Sequence record: OK041467.1
DNA from: Pseudomonas phage PAE2
DNA: 35,826 nucleotides
Reading direction: 5' to 3' (one strand)
Made by a program: the position numbers and the translations under genes. Under the pieces are notes generated by a model. That model was given only the letters and a program-made list of their open reading frames with translations, did no database searches and was not told the DNA's origin. Every line of letters starts with the position of its first letter. The first letter of the stretch is position 1. Positions 33,799 through 35,826 of the stretch are shown one piece after another.

Positions 33799-33841
33799 CC
33801 GCAGTGCCCAAGGCCGGCGAGGCCGCAGGACTCTCAGAGAC

Positions 33842-34234
33842 ATGAAGATGACAGAACCAGCCAGCACAGCGGCAGGAGGCCTAGTTTTGTACAAGCTAGG
33901 TGCTTTCGGTGTCGTGGCCGTACTGGCTGCCATCGTTGTTATGTGCATGACAGTGCCGAAGACCATCAAGGAATTCGCCTGTGCATTGATTGTGACGCTG
34001 ATGTTCTCAATTGGCGGCGGCGGTTGGATCATCAAGGCCAAAGGCCTGGAAGAGTGGGTGAACGACGAGTTCGGCCTATTCGCTCTGCTCGGGCTCGTAT
34101 TCGTGTGCGGTCTGCCTGGTTGGGTACTGACCCGTGGCTTCTTTGCCTATGCCGAGTATCGCAAGAGCGGCCGCAGCTTCATGAAGATGGTCAACGACAT
34201 CACCAGCGTGATTAAGTCGGTAGTCTGGAAATGA
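33842..34234 (+). CDS. class I holin (3 TM) with Met-Lys-Met dual-start motif
   Basis: MKMTEPAS...; three hydrophobic segments (LGAFGVVAVLAAIVVMCM, FACALIVTLMFSIGGGGWII, FGLFALLGLVFVCGLPGWVL); the upstream part of the longer ORF covers the terminators and is rejected. Confidence 0.65.
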   Translation: MKMTEPASTAAGGLVLYKLGAFGVVAVLAAIVVMCMTVPKTIKEFACALIVTLMFSIGGGGWIIKAKGLEEWVNDEFGLFALLGLVFVCGLPGWVLTRGFFAYAEYRKSGRSFMKMVNDITSVIKSVVWK

Positions 34235-34647
34235 ACATCTCTCCCTCTGCACTCGACACTCTCACCAAGACAATTTGGGGCGAGGCTCGCGGAGAGGGAA
34301 GGGAAGGCATGATTGCCGTCGCCTGGGTGATCCTCAATCGCGCAGCAATTGGCGGCTGGTGGGGCAACAGCATCGAGACTGTATGCCTGAAACCGTGGCA
34401 GTTCTCATGCTGGAACGCCAACGATCCGAACGCTCCCTACATGCGCGGTCGCAAGGCTATCCCCGGCCATCAATACACCGCTGCGCGCGAAGCCGCCCTA
34501 GCAGCCGTTGAAGGGCATGAGAAAGACCCAACGCTTGGGGCTACTCACTACTACGCACCCAAGGCCGTGAAAGAACCCGCATGGGCCAAGACTGCGACTA
34601 AGACTACGCAGATCGGCGGCCACATCTTTTTCAAGAACGTGAAGTGA
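34231..34647 (+). CDS. endolysin, SleB/Hydrolase_2-family cell-wall hydrolase
   Basis: TIWGEARGEGREGMIAVAWVILNR...PWQFSCWN matches the Hydrolase_2 signature. Confidence 0.8.
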   Translation: MNISPSALDTLTKTIWGEARGEGREGMIAVAWVILNRAAIGGWWGNSIETVCLKPWQFSCWNANDPNAPYMRGRKAIPGHQYTAAREAALAAVEGHEKDPTLGATHYYAPKAVKEPAWAKTATKTTQIGGHIFFKNVK

Positions 34648-34823
34648 TGGAATGGCTCGGCGCGATCCTCATCCTCTCAGTGATCGCCCGCAACGCCTAT
34701 CTCGTCATCGATGAGTGGTCAGTCGGTGGAGTCATCTGGCACGTCTTGATGGTGCTGGGTTGGTCGGCTCTGTTCTGGATCCACGTATCCGGCATCGTGC
34801 TCGGCAAGGTGTTCTGTGACTAA
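34647..34823 (+). CDS. small 2-TM protein between endolysin and spanins (antiholin/pinholin-like candidate)
   Basis: 58 aa, MEWLGAILILSVIARNAYLVIDEWSVGGVIWHVLMVLGWSALFWIHVSGIVLGKVFCD; ATG overlaps the endolysin stop; its 3' end overlaps the Rz GTG start. Confidence 0.4.
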   Translation: MEWLGAILILSVIARNAYLVIDEWSVGGVIWHVLMVLGWSALFWIHVSGIVLGKVFCD

Positions 34824-35256
34824 GTGGCTGATCGTTGCAGTGGGTGTGCTGGCTGTCTTGCTGGCAGGCACCGCAGCAGCCTGGCGCATGAGCGTTCTAA
34901 GCAACGAGCGTGATCAGTACCGCGCAGAGGCTGTGCAAGCCAAAGCACAGGCCAGCGACTATCAACGCCGCGTAGAAGTCGGCAACGCCATCGAGCGCAC
35001 CTATCTAGAGGCAGTGAAGAGTGCAAACGCTCAAAACGATCAGCTTCGCGCTGACATCGCTTCTGGTGCTCGCCGGGTGTACGTCAAGGCCAGTTGTCCA
35101 GTGCAGCATCCCGGAGCCGCCACAGGCCCTGATGCAGGAAGAGCCGAGCTTGCTCCTTCTGATGGACAAACTGTTTCAGATCTCCGAGCCGGCATCGAGC
35201 GAAAAGAAGCGCTGATCCGTTCTCTTCAGCAGTACATCAAAGAGGCCACCAAATGA
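34816..35256 (+). CDS. rz: i-spanin (Rz)
   Basis: GTG start with AAGG RBS; N-terminal TM (WLIVAVGVLAVLLAGTAAAW) followed by a charged coiled coil; contains the embedded Rz1. Confidence 0.7.
   Translation: MTKWLIVAVGVLAVLLAGTAAAWRMSVLSNERDQYRAEAVQAKAQASDYQRRVEVGNAIERTYLEAVKSANAQNDQLRADIASGARRVYVKASCPVQHPGAATGPDAGRAELAPSDGQTVSDLRAGIERKEALIRSLQQYIKEATK
35021..35215 (+). CDS. rz1: o-spanin (Rz1), embedded in the +1 frame of Rz
   Basis: MQTLKTISFALTSLLVLAGCTSRP with lipobox LAGC; Pro-rich 64-aa product lying entirely within Rz. Confidence 0.65.
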   Translation: MQTLKTISFALTSLLVLAGCTSRPVVQCSIPEPPQALMQEEPSLLLLMDKLFQISEPASSEKKR

Positions 35257-35516
35257 CCTTCTCCGTCTCCAAGTACAAAGAGAAAGCGCCTCAGATTGAG
35301 GCTGTCGAGTTTCGCGATATGGCAGACGCCGGATTGCTTGCGAATTTCGCCAAGGCCGAATCGTTCAATGCTCACGTTCCGAATGGCGAACTCACTCTTT
35401 TCCTGACTGCTAGCCGCTTCATCACGTTGTCGGTCAGTGATGTGCTGATCAAGAACGGTGAAGAGGTCAGCGTCATGAAGGGTGAAGATTTCTATAAGCA
35501 ATACGAACCTGCTTAA
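35253..35516 (+). CDS. hypothetical protein
   Basis: 87-aa ORF with ATGA overlap with Rz. Confidence 0.45.
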   Translation: MTFSVSKYKEKAPQIEAVEFRDMADAGLLANFAKAESFNAHVPNGELTLFLTASRFITLSVSDVLIKNGEEVSVMKGEDFYKQYEPA

Positions 35517-35540
35517 GAAAAACTATCAAGGTGAATCATT

Positions 35541-35826
35541 ATGGCTCGTGGCGGAAAGCGTGAAGGCGCTGGCCGGCCAAAGGGCAGTCGCAACAAGCTG
35601 ACAGCTGACATCAAGGCTGTTGCTCAGTCCTTCGGCGAAGAAGGGATTATGCATCTGGTCGAGATCGCCCGGAATGGTGACGCGCCGCCTGCTGCTCGCG
35701 TTGCTGCGGTGAAAGAGATTCTCGACCGTGGATATGGCAAGGCCAAGCAGCCGCTCGAGCACACTGGCGAAGATGGCGAACCAATCAAGGCCATCACTGA
35801 GATCCGCATTGTTGGTGTGAGCCCGG
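35541..35826 (+). CDS. terS: putative terminase small subunit, 3'-truncated by the window end
   Basis: N-terminal MARGGKREGAGRPKGSRNKLT (a GRPKG DNA-binding motif common in small terminases); the ORF runs off the window; terL opens the window. Confidence 0.5.
   Translation, partial: MARGGKREGAGRPKGSRNKLTADIKAVAQSFGEEGIMHLVEIARNGDAPPAARVAAVKEILDRGYGKAKQPLEHTGEDGEPIKAITEIRIVGVSP

Larger units (their letters stand above)
1..35826 (+). mobile_element. near-complete temperate phage genome in vegetative (virion) gene order; P22-like structural module plus lambdoid early, replication and lysis modules
   Basis: Contiguous terminase, portal, scaffold, coat, tail, attP, int, xis, early-left, cI/cro, O/P, nin, Q-like, lysis and terS modules; attP and int sit mid-window; terS is truncated at the window end and terL starts at base 1. 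Confidence 0.85.

Noticed and set aside
1-35826. CRISPR arrays, retrons, toxin-antitoxin pairs or other compact defence islands
   Set aside because: I saw no spacer-repeat periodicity, no reverse-transcriptase or nuclease-NTPase pairs, and no obvious TA gene pairs. The two small RHH-like ORFs after cro have no toxin partner.

Overview
The ~35.8 kb window (roughly 60% GC) looks like an essentially complete temperate phage genome laid out in vegetative order, not a prophage with flanking host DNA. It combines a P22-like podovirus morphogenesis module with lambdoid regulation, replication, nin and lysis modules. Order along the + strand: terL (starting at base 1), portal (its YWRVVTDY motif matches P22 gp1), scaffold, coat, gp4-like adaptor, gp10-like hub, two fibre-like proteins (one with a C-terminal peptidase-S74 intramolecular chaperone domain), large ejection proteins including an 865-aa protein with an SLT lytic transglycosylase domain, and a beta-helix tailspike whose distal two thirds is markedly lower in GC. 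Next comes attP, a canonical tRNA 3'-end fragment flanked by 8-mer GGGGGAAT arm-type repeats, followed by a tyrosine integrase. A convergent xis gene then opens a minus-strand early-left operon of ATGA-coupled genes: Erf recombinase, DUF551, three tandem coiled-coil paralogs, three tiny transmembrane peptides, and a 125-nt tRNA-like element followed by its own terminator. The immunity region is lower in GC. It contains a perfect palindromic OL overlapping PL with a P22-type nutL boxA in the leader, a Cys-rich lipoprotein co-transcribed with a LexA-like cI, an OR with three half-sites, and cro. Rightward lie a lambda O-like gene with internal ori iterons, a lambda P-like gene, NinB, and a chain of small ATGA-coupled nin-region genes including a YbcO-like protein, a PD-(D/E)xK nuclease, DUF3310 and an HTH-metallophosphoesterase. 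The late region has a Q-like gene, a late promoter with tandem intrinsic terminators, an MKM dual-start holin, a SleB-type endolysin, an extra 2-TM protein, and Rz with embedded Rz1. A small-terminase gene is cut by the window end. All calls rest on reading the sequence and on motif memory; no database searches were run.
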